From: Promethearchaeota archaeon
Lineage (GTDB): Archaea; Asgardarchaeota; Lokiarchaeia; Sigyniarchaeales; SOKP01
Length of the DNA: 64,000 nt
NCBI GenBank assembly: GCA_016839555.1
Contig: JAEOUA010000001.1
Coordinates: forward strand, 32,001 to 96,000
Direction: 5' to 3'
The notes beneath the pieces are model-generated. The model ran no database searches and had not been told where the DNA came from. It was given only the letters and a program-made list of their open reading frames with translations. A program made the position numbers and the translations under genes. Below are positions 50,497-61,316 of the stretch, one piece after another; position 1 is the stretch's first letter, and each line of letters opens with the position of its first letter.

Positions 50497-52578
50497 TTGA
50501 TAATAAATATAACAAGGAATAACATTTCAAACCTAAATTGGGAAGATTTTGAAAATCTAAAAGGAGATGAAATTGAAGAGACTGCCAAACAAATTTTATC
50601 TATTATGAGTTTAAAAGAAAAGGCTCGGAAGATGGCTGGAGATCAATCAATGCTTCATGCGATTGGGATGTTAATTCATTACAATAAAAATCCTATTTCT
50701 GCTGGCAGAATAGAGCAATTAAATATTCCAGGTATTCAATTCACTGACGGCCCTCGTGGTATAGTGCTTAATAATTCCACATGTTTTCCCGTTTCGATGG
50801 CAAGAGGGGCAACATGGGATATAGATCTAGAAGAGAGAATTGGCAATGCAATCGGAATTGAAGCAAAAGCTCAAGGAGCAAATTTCTTTGGAGGAATATG
50901 TATTAATCTTTTAAGACATCCAGCTTGGGGAAGGGCCCAAGAAACGTATGGTGAGGATCCGCACCTTCTTGGTGAAATGGGAAGTGCTTTGCTAAAAGGT
51001 GTACAAAGGCATATAATGGCGTGCGCCAAACATTATGCTTGTAATAGTGTTGAAAACACAAGATTTAAAATAAATGTAGACATAGATGAGAGAGTATTAA
51101 GAGAAGTATATCTACCTCATTTTAAAAAGTGCGTTAATAATGGAGTAGCTTCCATAATGAGCGCATATAATAGAGTAAATGGAAAATATTGTGGACATAA
51201 TGAGCATTTATTGCGTCAAATATTAAAAGAAGATTGGAATTTTCAAGGATTTTTGGTAACTGATTTTGTTTTTGGTATTAGAAATGGACTAAAAGCAATA
51301 AAAGCGGGTGTAGACATTGAAATGCCCTTTAAATGGAAAATGCACCCCAAGAAGATTGTTAAATGGGTAAACCAAGGAAAAATATCAGAAGAATTAATTA
51401 ATGAATCAGTTCTACGTATTTTAAAACAAGAGATAAGGTTCGCAAAAAAAGATAATCCTGAATTATATAATTTAGATAAAATCGCATCAGAAGAACATAC
51501 TGAACTTGCCTTAGAAGCTGCAAGAAAAAGCATCGTTTTATTAAAAAATGTAGGCAATCTTTTACCTTTAAAAAAGGAGAGTATAAAAAAAATCGCTGTA
51601 GTAGGAAAACTTGCGGATATGGAGAATATAGGTGATAAAGGGAGTAGCAGATTATATCCTCCTTATGTAATTACACCCCTCCAAGGGATTAAAAAAGCTC
51701 TGGGCGACTCTATTGAGGTAGTTTATAATGAAGGTAAATCTCTAACAAAAACAAAAGAAATAACTAAGGATGCTGATATAGTTGTTATTGTTGTAGGATT
51801 TACTTGGAAGCAAGAAGGAGAAAATATGACCTTTGCTGGTGGTGATCGAGATACATTATCTTTATCAGAGGATGACGAAAATTTAATTCTTACTCTTTCA
51901 GAATCATGTGATAGGTGTATTGTTGTATTGGAAGGAGGAAGTGCAATCATTACGGAAAGATGGAGGCAAAATGTCCCTGTAATTATAATGGCATGGTATC
52001 CGGGTATAGAAGGAGGAACGGCCATTGCGGATATCATTTTGGGAAATATAAATCCTAGTGGAAAACTTCCCACTGTATTTCCTAAATCCTCTGAACAATT
52101 ACCTTTTTTTGATTCATCAACTTTAGAAATCAAGTATGATTATTATCATGGATATAAATTAATGGATAAACGTGGATTTGAACCAGCATTTCCATTCGGA
52201 TATGGGCTCAGTTATAATACTTATGAATATAAAAATCTGAGAATAAATAAATCAGAAATCAAAAAAGGAGAAAAAATAGAAATCTCATTCGATATTACTA
52301 ATAAAGGAGATCTGAATGGTGATGAAATAGTTCAGCTGTATATCGGATATGAGAATTCTTCGGTGGATCGACCTAAAAAGGAATTAAAAGGATTTACCCG
52401 TGTTAATCTGGAATCACAAGAGACAAAAAAAGTATCTTTAAATCTTGATTCAAACGATTTAGCTTATTATAATACAGAAACTAAACAATGGGTAGTAGAA
52501 CAAATCAAGCATATCATCTATGTTGGACCTTCTTCTCGTGCAAGCGATCTGTTAGAGGCATCATTTCAAATTTCTTAA
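50497..52578 (+). CDS. GH3 beta-glucosidase
   Basis: TDGPRG, WGRAQETYGED, KHY, MSAYN, VTDF nucleophile, FPFGYGLSY, Fn3-like ELKGF tail. Confidence 0.95.
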   Translation: MIINITRNNISNLNWEDFENLKGDEIEETAKQILSIMSLKEKARKMAGDQSMLHAIGMLIHYNKNPISAGRIEQLNIPGIQFTDGPRGIVLNNSTCFPVSMARGATWDIDLEERIGNAIGIEAKAQGANFFGGICINLLRHPAWGRAQETYGEDPHLLGEMGSALLKGVQRHIMACAKHYACNSVENTRFKINVDIDERVLREVYLPHFKKCVNNGVASIMSAYNRVNGKYCGHNEHLLRQILKEDWNFQGFLVTDFVFGIRNGLKAIKAGVDIEMPFKWKMHPKKIVKWVNQGKISEELINESVLRILKQEIRFAKKDNPELYNLDKIASEEHTELALEAARKSIVLLKNVGNLLPLKKESIKKIAVVGKLADMENIGDKGSSRLYPPYVITPLQGIKKALGDSIEVVYNEGKSLTKTKEITKDADIVVIVVGFTWKQEGENMTFAGGDRDTLSLSEDDENLILTLSESCDRCIVVLEGGSAIITERWRQNVPVIIMAWYPGIEGGTAIADIILGNINPSGKLPTVFPKSSEQLPFFDSSTLEIKYDYYHGYKLMDKRGFEPAFPFGYGLSYNTYEYKNLRINKSEIKKGEKIEISFDITNKGDLNGDEIVQLYIGYENSSVDRPKKELKGFTRVNLESQETKKVSLNLDSNDLAYYNTETKQWVVEQIKHIIYVGPSSRASDLLEASFQIS

Positions 52579-52693
52579 CATCATTTTGTTTTTTAAAAAT
52601 AGACAATTTAAAACCGGTAAAAAGAATAAAGAGAATTATAAAAAATTTTTATACAAAAACTTTTTACCTTAATTTCTTATAAATAACATAATA

Positions 52694-53623
52694 ATGCCGG
52701 AAAAAGTAGTAGAGATTTCTGGAGTGGAATTACAAATTACCGAGCCCGCTGAAATTGATATGGAATGGGTTGGGAATGAAGATTTAATTAATCAAGTGAA
52801 AGCTGCGTGGTTAATAGTTGATAAAGAGGATCTTCCTCTGACGCCCCGCATCCTTGGCAAACCGGGAATTGGAAAAACGACACTTTGCTATGCGAGTGGA
52901 AAGAGGCTTAAAAAAGATGTCTACATGTTTCAATGTACTATGGATACAAGACCCGAGGATCTTCTTATCAGTCCAGTAATTTCCTCAGATAAATCCATTA
53001 AATATGTTGCCAGTTCATTAGTATCTGCGATGATAAAGGGGGGTGTATGTCTTTTAGATGAGGCAAATAGGATGAGCGAAAAAAGTTGGGCCTCCTTAGC
53101 ACCTCTTATGGATAAAAGGCGTTATGTAGAAAGTATTATCGCTGGAATCCGTATTTATGCACACCCAGAATTTCGACTTTGCGTGACTATGAATAGTGAT
53201 GCTAGTACTTATGAAGTTCCCGAATATATTTTAAGCAGAATGATTAATATTTATGTGGATTTTCCTAATCGTGCTGAAGAGTTACAAATATTAAAGTATA
53301 ATTTACCTTTCGCTTCGGAAGAGATTCTAGAATATTGCAATGAATTTTTGCAAAATGCGCATATTCACGATCAACCAATTGTATCTCGAGATGGAATAAA
53401 ATGTCTACGATATTATATCAAACTAAGGCAATTAAAAGGGAAGGATCCTAAAAAATTAAATAAACCGGAGTTTAAAGATTCAATTTTGCATATATTAGAT
53501 AAGCAAGCGATTAAATATTGTCCAGACGAGTATGAAAATTATCTTAAGGAAATTAAGAAAAAAGATGAGAACCAAAAAATATTGGGAACTTTCTTTCCAT
53601 CAGAAAATCCTAATGATTTTTAA
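52694..53623 (+). CDS. MoxR-like AAA+ ATPase (AAA_5)
   Basis: GKPGIGKTT, QCTMDTRPEDL, LLDEANR, TMN, LSR. Confidence 0.88.
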   Translation: MPEKVVEISGVELQITEPAEIDMEWVGNEDLINQVKAAWLIVDKEDLPLTPRILGKPGIGKTTLCYASGKRLKKDVYMFQCTMDTRPEDLLISPVISSDKSIKYVASSLVSAMIKGGVCLLDEANRMSEKSWASLAPLMDKRRYVESIIAGIRIYAHPEFRLCVTMNSDASTYEVPEYILSRMINIYVDFPNRAEELQILKYNLPFASEEILEYCNEFLQNAHIHDQPIVSRDGIKCLRYYIKLRQLKGKDPKKLNKPEFKDSILHILDKQAIKYCPDEYENYLKEIKKKDENQKILGTFFPSENPNDF

Positions 53624-53639
53624 TTAAAAATAAAAGAGT

Positions 53640-55640
53640 ATGATCGAGAATAATTTTCCATTTATCAAGTATGGTAATAATGTTTTTGTAATTCCTACGT
53701 TTCATAGCCGGATTGAGTTTGCAAAATTGGTTCAGAAAGCTTTTTTTACTGTATATCCCGATTTAATAGCAGTTGAATTGCCAGCTACCGTGAAAAAGGA
53801 AGTTTTTGAAGGTATAGAGAGACTTCCTTTTCTTTCTTTAATCGCGTATGCAGATAGTTTAAATCCTGACAAACTTAACTTTATTCCTATTGATCCTGGT
53901 GATTCTATCATCCATGCAATTCGAATAGGAAAACAACAGAATGTACCTATAGAATTCATTGATTTATCAGTAAAAGAATATCAACCTGAAAACATAGAAC
54001 TGCCAGATGATTATTCTTTAAACGCTATTGATTTACAAACATTTTATAATGAAATTTCAGTTCATTTCCGAAAGACTCTTTATAAACAAAAAACCAAATT
54101 GCGAAATCAACTAGACTTCCAAGATCTAATAACCAACGAGGAGCAATTAGATGCGAGGTATGAAAATCTTGAAAAAGATGTTTTTAGAGAAATGTATATG
54201 GCCTCTAATCTTTTGAGAATGATGCCAGCTTATCATAGAATCTTATTTATTGTGGGGATGGCTCATTGGGAATCTATAAAATATTATTTAGAACATCCTT
54301 CATTGCTAAAAAATGTTAATATTGACCTAGAACCCCATAAATACCTTAAAATTTACAATGTGAAGGGGAATCATGCTCGTTATCTTCTCAGAGAATTACC
54401 ATATCATGTATATCAGTGGGAACTTTTTAATCAACAATTTTTTAAGAAAATTTTGGAAAATATTCAAACTATAGAAGAATTAAATTCTCTTATTGATGAA
54501 TTTGATAAAAATACTCATATCAAACAAATATATCTTTCTGCGAAGAATGAATATGAAGAGGAATTCAAAGAATATATTAACCTTCAAAAATTGAAAAATC
54601 TTTTTCAGTATACACGTAATATCACCTTAACGGAAAAAAGACTCATACCTAATTTATTTCATTTATTAATTTCTTCAAAAAACCTTATAGATGATGATTT
54701 CGCATGGAAAGTAATGGAGGAAGCAATTAAATACCCCTTTGATGATGATAGTGAAAAATATGAAACTATTAAGCTTGATATGGAAGGTGGATACGATCCA
54801 AATGGCCGTTATATTAAATTACAGAGACATCATCCCTCATATTATAAAAAACCTAAAGAGGTCCCATTGGAGAAGAGGCCAAAAGAAAAATATCCCGGTG
54901 AATGGCGAGACAAATGGGAGGGAGGGAAAAATCGGACAGTATCTTATCCGCCGGAAGATATAATTGAGGAAAATTATTTTGCATATATTCGTCAAAAAGC
55001 TATTAAAAATTTAAAAGAACGACGAATAAATATTGAAGAATTTCAATCAAGCATCAAGGATGGTATAGCAATTAAAGAAACAATTAGAGATTGGGGTATC
55101 AATAAAAAAATTTATGTGAAGAATGAACAAAAAATTAAAGGAAGAGTCGATACAATTGTTATTATTTTTGAGGAAGATGATGGAGAGATAGAAAAATATC
55201 CCTATAAGCTGACTTGGTGGGCAGAACATGATAAAGAAAGTAACCTTGCGTTTTATTCAACCAATCCGGGAGAATATCTTATTGGACCAGGAATCTCTCA
55301 TGTAGAAATAGGGGGTTTGCTCAGTATTTTTCCTCCTATATTTATTGAACAAGTATTCAGTGCGTATATGGATTATAATTATAAAGATGCGGAAACTAAA
55401 GCGGAACGCCTCCTTAAAGCGGCAATTCTCTATTCTAGAGAAAAATATATTGTATATATTGCCAAAAACCCGCCCCGAAAACACTTTTATTCTCTTGCGG
55501 GCGTAAAGCATAGAGAAATTATATATATTCCTCTCGATAATTATTCTCAAGAATCTTTTAAGCCCGTAAGACATATTCATATTTTAGCTGGGAAAGATAA
55601 AAGAAAAATTGCACATAACTATATTTTCTTAAATAAATGA
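53640..55640 (+). CDS. Conserved protein with TraB/Tiki/ChaN-like N-terminal domain
   Basis: PTFH, PDLIAVELP, FIDL, REMYMA, ILFIVGMAHW motifs. Starts 16 nt after the MoxR gene. Confidence 0.65.
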   Translation: MIENNFPFIKYGNNVFVIPTFHSRIEFAKLVQKAFFTVYPDLIAVELPATVKKEVFEGIERLPFLSLIAYADSLNPDKLNFIPIDPGDSIIHAIRIGKQQNVPIEFIDLSVKEYQPENIELPDDYSLNAIDLQTFYNEISVHFRKTLYKQKTKLRNQLDFQDLITNEEQLDARYENLEKDVFREMYMASNLLRMMPAYHRILFIVGMAHWESIKYYLEHPSLLKNVNIDLEPHKYLKIYNVKGNHARYLLRELPYHVYQWELFNQQFFKKILENIQTIEELNSLIDEFDKNTHIKQIYLSAKNEYEEEFKEYINLQKLKNLFQYTRNITLTEKRLIPNLFHLLISSKNLIDDDFAWKVMEEAIKYPFDDDSEKYETIKLDMEGGYDPNGRYIKLQRHHPSYYKKPKEVPLEKRPKEKYPGEWRDKWEGGKNRTVSYPPEDIIEENYFAYIRQKAIKNLKERRINIEEFQSSIKDGIAIKETIRDWGINKKIYVKNEQKIKGRVDTIVIIFEEDDGEIEKYPYKLTWWAEHDKESNLAFYSTNPGEYLIGPGISHVEIGGLLSIFPPIFIEQVFSAYMDYNYKDAETKAERLLKAAILYSREKYIVYIAKNPPRKHFYSLAGVKHREIIYIPLDNYSQESFKPVRHIHILAGKDKRKIAHNYIFLNK

Positions 55641-55778
55641 ATAGAAATCAATAACATGGGAAAATCAAAAGATTTTAGATATAACTATCATTACCAAAAT
55701 AAAGTAAAATTTTTTTACCCTATATCCATATTTTAATTAATATATAAGAATATATTGATCATCTTTTAATTTGTACCT

Positions 55779-56303
55779 ATGTTTCAGACGTTACTTTTCA
55801 AAATCGTGATAGTGGGTGATGGCGGCGTTGGCAAGTCTACAATGCTACAAAGATTAGTAACAAATGAATTTATTTCTTGCCAAGTCACTATTGGAACTGA
55901 TTTTAGAATGTTTAATGTTGCAATAAATAACTGCCTTATAAAATTGCAAATTTGGGACCTAGCTGGAGAGGAACGGTTCCATTTTCTCTTAGGGAACTAT
56001 TGTCAAGGTGCAACTGGAGTGCTGCTCTGCTATGATATCACGCGCTATACCACTTTTAAAAATATCGAAAAATGGTATAATATCACTAAAAATAATGCTG
56101 ATAATCCTATATTTATCTTAGTTGGGGAAAAAAAAGATTTAGAATATAGAAGAGTAGTTTCCAAAGAAATGGGCTATTATTTTAAAAAACGATTTCAATT
56201 GGATTATTTTTTTGAAACCTCTTCAAAATCAGGCATAAATAATAAAGTTATATTTGAAACTCTTGCAGCTGCTATCGCAGAAAAGAGAAATCTTGATTTA
56301 TAA
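55779..56303 (+). CDS. Rab-like small GTPase with atypical G4
   Basis: GDGGVGKST, TIGTDF, LQIWDLAGEERF, GEKKD, ETSSK. Confidence 0.9.
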   Translation: MFQTLLFKIVIVGDGGVGKSTMLQRLVTNEFISCQVTIGTDFRMFNVAINNCLIKLQIWDLAGEERFHFLLGNYCQGATGVLLCYDITRYTTFKNIEKWYNITKNNADNPIFILVGEKKDLEYRRVVSKEMGYYFKKRFQLDYFFETSSKSGINNKVIFETLAAAIAEKRNLDL

Positions 56304-56417
56304 CCTTGTTTGATTCTTAATAAAGGTGTCTTTACGACTTTTGAATGATTTTTATAAAAATTCACATGCTCTTTTTCTTTAAATATGTTCATTGGTTATT
56401 CTTTTTTAGACAATATC

Positions 56418-56588
56418 ATGAAAAAAGTGAGTTTGTTGAGAACCAAAGGGAAAGAACGTGTGTGTAAAAATTGCCAGCATTATGATATAGAAAGGCATGT
56501 GTGTAGATATTTCCATAGAAAGCTCGCTCCTCATTTTTATTGCATTGTAGACGGAAATAAGGTGTATTTTCTAGAAAATTCTCATTAA
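56418..56588 (+). CDS. Small Cys-rich, probably metal-binding protein
   Basis: CKNCQHY...C...C pattern. The start may instead be 56385. Confidence 0.55.
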   Translation: MKKVSLLRTKGKERVCKNCQHYDIERHVCRYFHRKLAPHFYCIVDGNKVYFLENSH

Positions 56589-56784
56589 GTCCTATTTTTA
56601 ATTTGTTTATAGCTCGTTATTAACACTGTTTTTAAATAAAAATGGAACATTTACCACCTTCTAATTCTTTTACAAAACTAAGAATACCAAAACGAATTAA
56701 GTGCAAAATATCACAAATCTAATATAAAAAATAGAAAATAAAGAAATTATTAGGTTAAGTTTTCAAAAAAATAGGAGAAAAAAA

Positions 56785-58488
56785 TTAGTCTTCAACTGAA
56801 TCTAAAATAGATTCAATTTTGCTTTGAATGACTTCTGGCTTCTCTGCCTCTTCGTCTTTTAGTGCCAACTTGCGCTCGTAATTCTCACGGTGAATGGTAT
56901 TATATGCACAGAATGGAATCTCTAATACCTTGCTTCTGTCATCAGGGTCTATAATCCCATAGTGAACCAAGCACCTCTGAACTCGCTCTAAATCGAAGTT
57001 ATAAGCATCTTGGAAATGCATAGCCCCGATCATTAGGTTTTTCGTGTGTAAAAATGTTCCAGCACTTTCTAAACTTGGGGCAAAAACTAATTTTGCAAAA
57101 CTCTGATATGTTTTATTGGTAAGGATTTTTTGTGGATTTTTAATATATCTGGTTAATCCCGCAAAATAATATGCCTTCATTATTTGTCTATATCCTACAT
57201 CAGAAAGCTCATCGACAAATTTACCAATAGTTTCCACGATAATTCCAAATTTTGATAAATTTAACCCTTTAAAAAATCCCGTTGGTTTTGGAACTTCTTT
57301 ATTATAGACCATGTCATAGACCTTATTTGTCCATCTAATCAATCCTTCGACATCGAAATAATTATCAATACCTTCCCATTCATCATTTTCGTTCACCACA
57401 ACGATACTTGCAAAGCCGCAATCTTTATGTGAAAGCATGGCCCATTCAGGCTTACTATCAAACCAAGCAAGTAGCTTAGTAAATTTACCGGTTGTTGCAA
57501 GCGGATAAAACTTCCCAAACTTTCCATTCATATGCTTATTAATAGCAACCTTTAAGTCTGAGGTGGTATATCGTAAATCCATAAGCTCTTCGAAACTAAT
57601 ACGCCCACAGAGGGAAACAGGTTGAAATACCACTCCCGAAACTACATCGGCATTGTCTTTCGCAAAATCAAGAATATTGCCAACTTGATGGTCATTCACT
57701 CCTCTTGCTACGGTAGGAACGAGCATTACACCATATTGACCAACTTCACGACAATGTTCAATTACTTTCTTTTTTAGAGGCCATAAATTCACACCTCTAA
57801 TTTTCTTCCAGGTTTCAGGATCATCAGTGGCATCAAATTGTAAATAAATAGCATCTACTCCCGCTTCCTGGAGTTTTCTAGTATATTCTAATGATTTTCC
57901 CATTCGGACTCCGTTAGTAGATACCATAGTTTCAATAAAGCCTAATTCCTTGGCTTTTTTTAATATCTCTGGTAAGTCTTCTCGTACGGTTGGTTCTCCT
58001 CCTGCTACTTGAAGCATTGGAGGAGCATAAGGTTTCATAGATCTAAAATGTCTCATTATTTGTACTATTTCATCGAATGTTGGTTCGACAACATATCCTT
58101 TTGCCGATGCGTTCGCAAAACATATAGGACACGTCAAATTACAACGATTTGTCACATCAATAAGACAGATGCATGGCGCAGTTTTATGATTTTCGCAAAT
58201 GCCGCAGTCATAAGGGCATCCATTTTTGGTGGGTTTAATACCAGAAGATATAAATTCGGGTTTTGAGGTGTTATTTTTTTTGGACCCTATTTCCTCAGTA
58301 AATTCAGCAGCCCATTTATATTCATCTGGGTTAATAGATATCTTATCTTTAAAATCTCCATGCGATTTACATGTTTTCCTCATCATTACCCAGCCAGTTT
58401 CGGAATCCACATAAAGCTCAGCTGGAATCTGTTGAAGACACTCCGGACATAAACTTGTTGTCGTACGTATAATTTCCTCTTCAGTCAT
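56785..58488 (-). CDS. tes: Tetraether lipid synthase (radical SAM, GDGT macrocyclase)
   Basis: N-terminal SLCPEC...C..HG, GCPYDCGICENH, CNLTCPICF SAM motif, YLQFD, MHFQDAYNFDLERVQRC, IPFCAYN. Confidence 0.88.
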   Translation of the reverse strand: MTEEEIIRTTTSLCPECLQQIPAELYVDSETGWVMMRKTCKSHGDFKDKISINPDEYKWAAEFTEEIGSKKNNTSKPEFISSGIKPTKNGCPYDCGICENHKTAPCICLIDVTNRCNLTCPICFANASAKGYVVEPTFDEIVQIMRHFRSMKPYAPPMLQVAGGEPTVREDLPEILKKAKELGFIETMVSTNGVRMGKSLEYTRKLQEAGVDAIYLQFDATDDPETWKKIRGVNLWPLKKKVIEHCREVGQYGVMLVPTVARGVNDHQVGNILDFAKDNADVVSGVVFQPVSLCGRISFEELMDLRYTTSDLKVAINKHMNGKFGKFYPLATTGKFTKLLAWFDSKPEWAMLSHKDCGFASIVVVNENDEWEGIDNYFDVEGLIRWTNKVYDMVYNKEVPKPTGFFKGLNLSKFGIIVETIGKFVDELSDVGYRQIMKAYYFAGLTRYIKNPQKILTNKTYQSFAKLVFAPSLESAGTFLHTKNLMIGAMHFQDAYNFDLERVQRCLVHYGIIDPDDRSKVLEIPFCAYNTIHRENYERKLALKDEEAEKPEVIQSKIESILDSVED

Positions 58489-58666
58489 AATTACATTACC
58501 TAATTTCGTGTGTATTAAATTACATTAATTCAAAATTTATTTAATTAAATATTTCTTGAAATAAATTTAAAATAATGAAGAAGTTAAATAATAAAAAAGA
58601 AATTAAATTTTTAAAATTATTAAAAGTATTAAAAGGGTTTTTAATGGAATTTTAGAAATTGTTATT

Positions 58667-59074
58667 TTGATGTCAATGATTGAACAAAAACCAGGTAATG
58701 AAGAAGAAGAGGAGCTTAAACTAGACATAGGAACACTCATTTTTGTTATAGTAGGATTTGTGGTCTCGTGGATAAACATGATTATTATTTATCAAACCCA
58801 AACCAAGAGTACGAATGAATTGTTAAAAATTTTTACCTATTTATCCATAATTTTTACAACAGTAATTCCTTGTGTGGGGATAGGATTAAAAAATCGGTTG
58901 TGGGGGTATGGCTATATAATTGGATTTGCTATAGCAGGAGTTCCATTTCTATTTATTGTAGACCTTTTTATTGGAGCGTACACATCAGCAACAACTCTTT
59001 TTCTCTTTATAATTTTATGGCTTATCTTTTGGAAAACGTGGAGATCGCTCCACAACATTAGATATTTCGATTAA
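58667..59074 (+). CDS. Uncharacterised four-helix membrane protein
   Basis: Four hydrophobic segments after an acidic N-terminus. Confidence 0.7.
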   Translation: MMSMIEQKPGNEEEEELKLDIGTLIFVIVGFVVSWINMIIIYQTQTKSTNELLKIFTYLSIIFTTVIPCVGIGLKNRLWGYGYIIGFAIAGVPFLFIVDLFIGAYTSATTLFLFIILWLIFWKTWRSLHNIRYFD

Positions 59075-59160
59075 AATTAAAATTCTTTTTGTTATATGTG
59101 TTTTTTAATCAGTATCATAAATAAAATAACAAAAAAATAGGACTGCAAAAAAAGCTTCCA

Positions 59161-59361
59161 TTATGCCAAATGCACCATTAAACGCCCATATAAATCTGCC
59201 ATAACAGCAGCAGACCCTTCATGTCTCGCTGTTATTACATTTATCCCTTTTTGATGTATCGCATCCATTAGAAATTGTGTATAACCTCCCGGCAATCCGA
59301 ATATATGATTGATACCCGTTTCTTTTAAAATGTCAGCCACTAAATCAATGACTCTAACCAT
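59161..59361 (-). pseudogene. Truncated thiamine-pyrophosphate enzyme (acetolactate synthase-like) N-terminal fragment
   Basis: GINHIFGLPGG and ARHEGSAAVMADLYGRL, then a stop at codon 67. The next gene converges ~85 nt away, leaving no room for the remainder. Confidence 0.85.
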
Positions 59362-59639
59362 CTCTACAAACTCTCTTTAATTTACGTTTTTGATTTTTAT
59401 TATAAATATTATTTTATAAGATCACGATTAAGAATTTATAATTAATTCAAATAACACTGATAAATTTTTTTTTAAATATATCAATATAAATTTAAAATTT
59501 CTTTAAATTAATAAAGGAAATTGAAATTCGAATATAAAGCAATAAGATTTTCTCATATATTTCATTTTTTTTATTTTGTATGAAATTATATATAGCTAAA
59601 ATCATTATAAGAAATTAAAAAAATTTTTGTGAAAGAATT

Positions 59640-60590
59640 GTGGAACTTAAAGAGATAGCTAATAATATTTTTGCATGCTTGCAAGAAGATAAAGGATTTG
59701 GATGGAATAATACCGGATTCATTAATCTTGGTGGAGGCTTAATTATTGATACTTGTTATGATTTAAACTATACGAAAAATATGATAGAACTTATTAAAGG
59801 GATATATTCTGGACCAATTCGCCGAGTTGTAAATACCCATCATAACGGAGATCATACATGGGGCAATCAACTTTTTAAAGATTCTGAAATTATAGCTCAT
59901 CGTCTCTGTGCGGAAGAAATGGAAAAGGAAAAAGCGCGTAATTTACCTGGACTACTTCAGACTGGTATAAAGAGACCACATAGGTTTCCATCTGATATGA
60001 AATGGTTTATTGATGATATCAGTGAATTTGATTATTCTGAGGTTGAAATCACACTACCAAATCATTTAATCGAAAATAGGTTAGATCTAGAATTAGATAA
60101 TCTCATTTGTCAAATTATTTATGTTAGTCCAGCACACACATCAAATGATTTAATCGTCAATATTCCCGATGAAAAAATCGTCTTTTCTGGTGATATTGTT
60201 TTTCATAAAACAACCCCCTTAGGCTGGGAAGGTACCCACCAAAAATGGATAGAAGCTTTGGATTTAATTATTTCTATGAATCCCAAAATTATTGTTCCTG
60301 GGCATGGTCCTCTGTGTGATGTAGATGGTGTAAAAAAATTGCGTGAGTATTTTGAGTTTGTCTATTCTGAAGCTAAGCGTTTTTATGATGAGGGATTGGC
60401 TCCTTTGGAAGCATCAAAACGAATTGATCTAGGTCCTTATAAAGAGTGGACCGAACCAGAACGATTAATTTTCAACGTTAATAGAGCTTATCGCGAATTT
60501 AAAAAAGAGGAGCCATGGGATGCTCCATTCAACGAAATTGATCTTTTATCCAAAGGTGGCAAATTAAGAGCTTACTGGGAAAAGAATTAA
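59640..60590 (+). CDS. Metallo-beta-lactamase fold hydrolase (cyclase/CphA-like)
   Basis: NTG, IIDT, THHNGDHTWGN, AHT, FSGD, VPGHG. Confidence 0.92.
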   Translation: MELKEIANNIFACLQEDKGFGWNNTGFINLGGGLIIDTCYDLNYTKNMIELIKGIYSGPIRRVVNTHHNGDHTWGNQLFKDSEIIAHRLCAEEMEKEKARNLPGLLQTGIKRPHRFPSDMKWFIDDISEFDYSEVEITLPNHLIENRLDLELDNLICQIIYVSPAHTSNDLIVNIPDEKIVFSGDIVFHKTTPLGWEGTHQKWIEALDLIISMNPKIIVPGHGPLCDVDGVKKLREYFEFVYSEAKRFYDEGLAPLEASKRIDLGPYKEWTEPERLIFNVNRAYREFKKEEPWDAPFNEIDLLSKGGKLRAYWEKN

Positions 60591-60689
60591 AACAAATAAA
60601 ATAAATTTGAGAGAAAATTATTTGAAATAAAATAGTGTAAAAATCAGAAATTAATTTCAAGTGATTCCTAGACTCCTATAGATAAATAC

Positions 60690-61316
60690 TTAATCTTGGA
60701 AGCCTTTTTTATTATATTCCAAGGGGACTCCAAAAGTATTAAGAAACATAGCTAATGCGTTGTATTGCCCAACGAGAAAAATTAGATCCATGATCTGTTC
60801 TTCATTATACCTTTCATTCAATGCTTTCCAAGTTGGATCAGTTATAAAAGCATCAGCATAGAGTTCATCCACAGTCAGGACTAATAACGCATCAAATGGG
60901 TCCCATCTTTCTGGGTCAGCCCCTTTTTTAATAAGATTTATTTCCTCCTCACTAAGTCCTGCATTCTTTCCCAATAAAACATGTTGACCCCATTCATATT
61001 CTGAATAACAGAGCCAAGCTGTGCGTAGGATTAATATCTCCCGATCTCTCTCAGGAAGGGATAGTTTTGAGCTTATTTGTCTTAAAGACATCATGAACCG
61101 CATTGTTATATCAGAGTTTCTCATCATGGTAGAATATACATTGAGGCCAAATAAAGCATGTGATACAGGATTTTCTATTAATAAATTAACCTTTTTTTCC
61201 CATTCTGATTTGTTTACGAGATCTTTATTTATTTTTCGAGCCTCTTTTATATCTAAAGGTGGGATCCTAGGTTCTGAAAGCCTTATACGATTAGGAACAT
61301 TAATCTTACGACCCAA
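60690..61316 (-). CDS. Carboxymuconolactone decarboxylase / AhpD-like protein
   Basis: PRIPPL, REILILRTA...YEWGQH...AGLS, DL...VGQY. Confidence 0.85.
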   Translation of the reverse strand: MGRKINVPNRIRLSEPRIPPLDIKEARKINKDLVNKSEWEKKVNLLIENPVSHALFGLNVYSTMMRNSDITMRFMMSLRQISSKLSLPERDREILILRTAWLCYSEYEWGQHVLLGKNAGLSEEEINLIKKGADPERWDPFDALLVLTVDELYADAFITDPTWKALNERYNEEQIMDLIFLVGQYNALAMFLNTFGVPLEYNKKGFQD

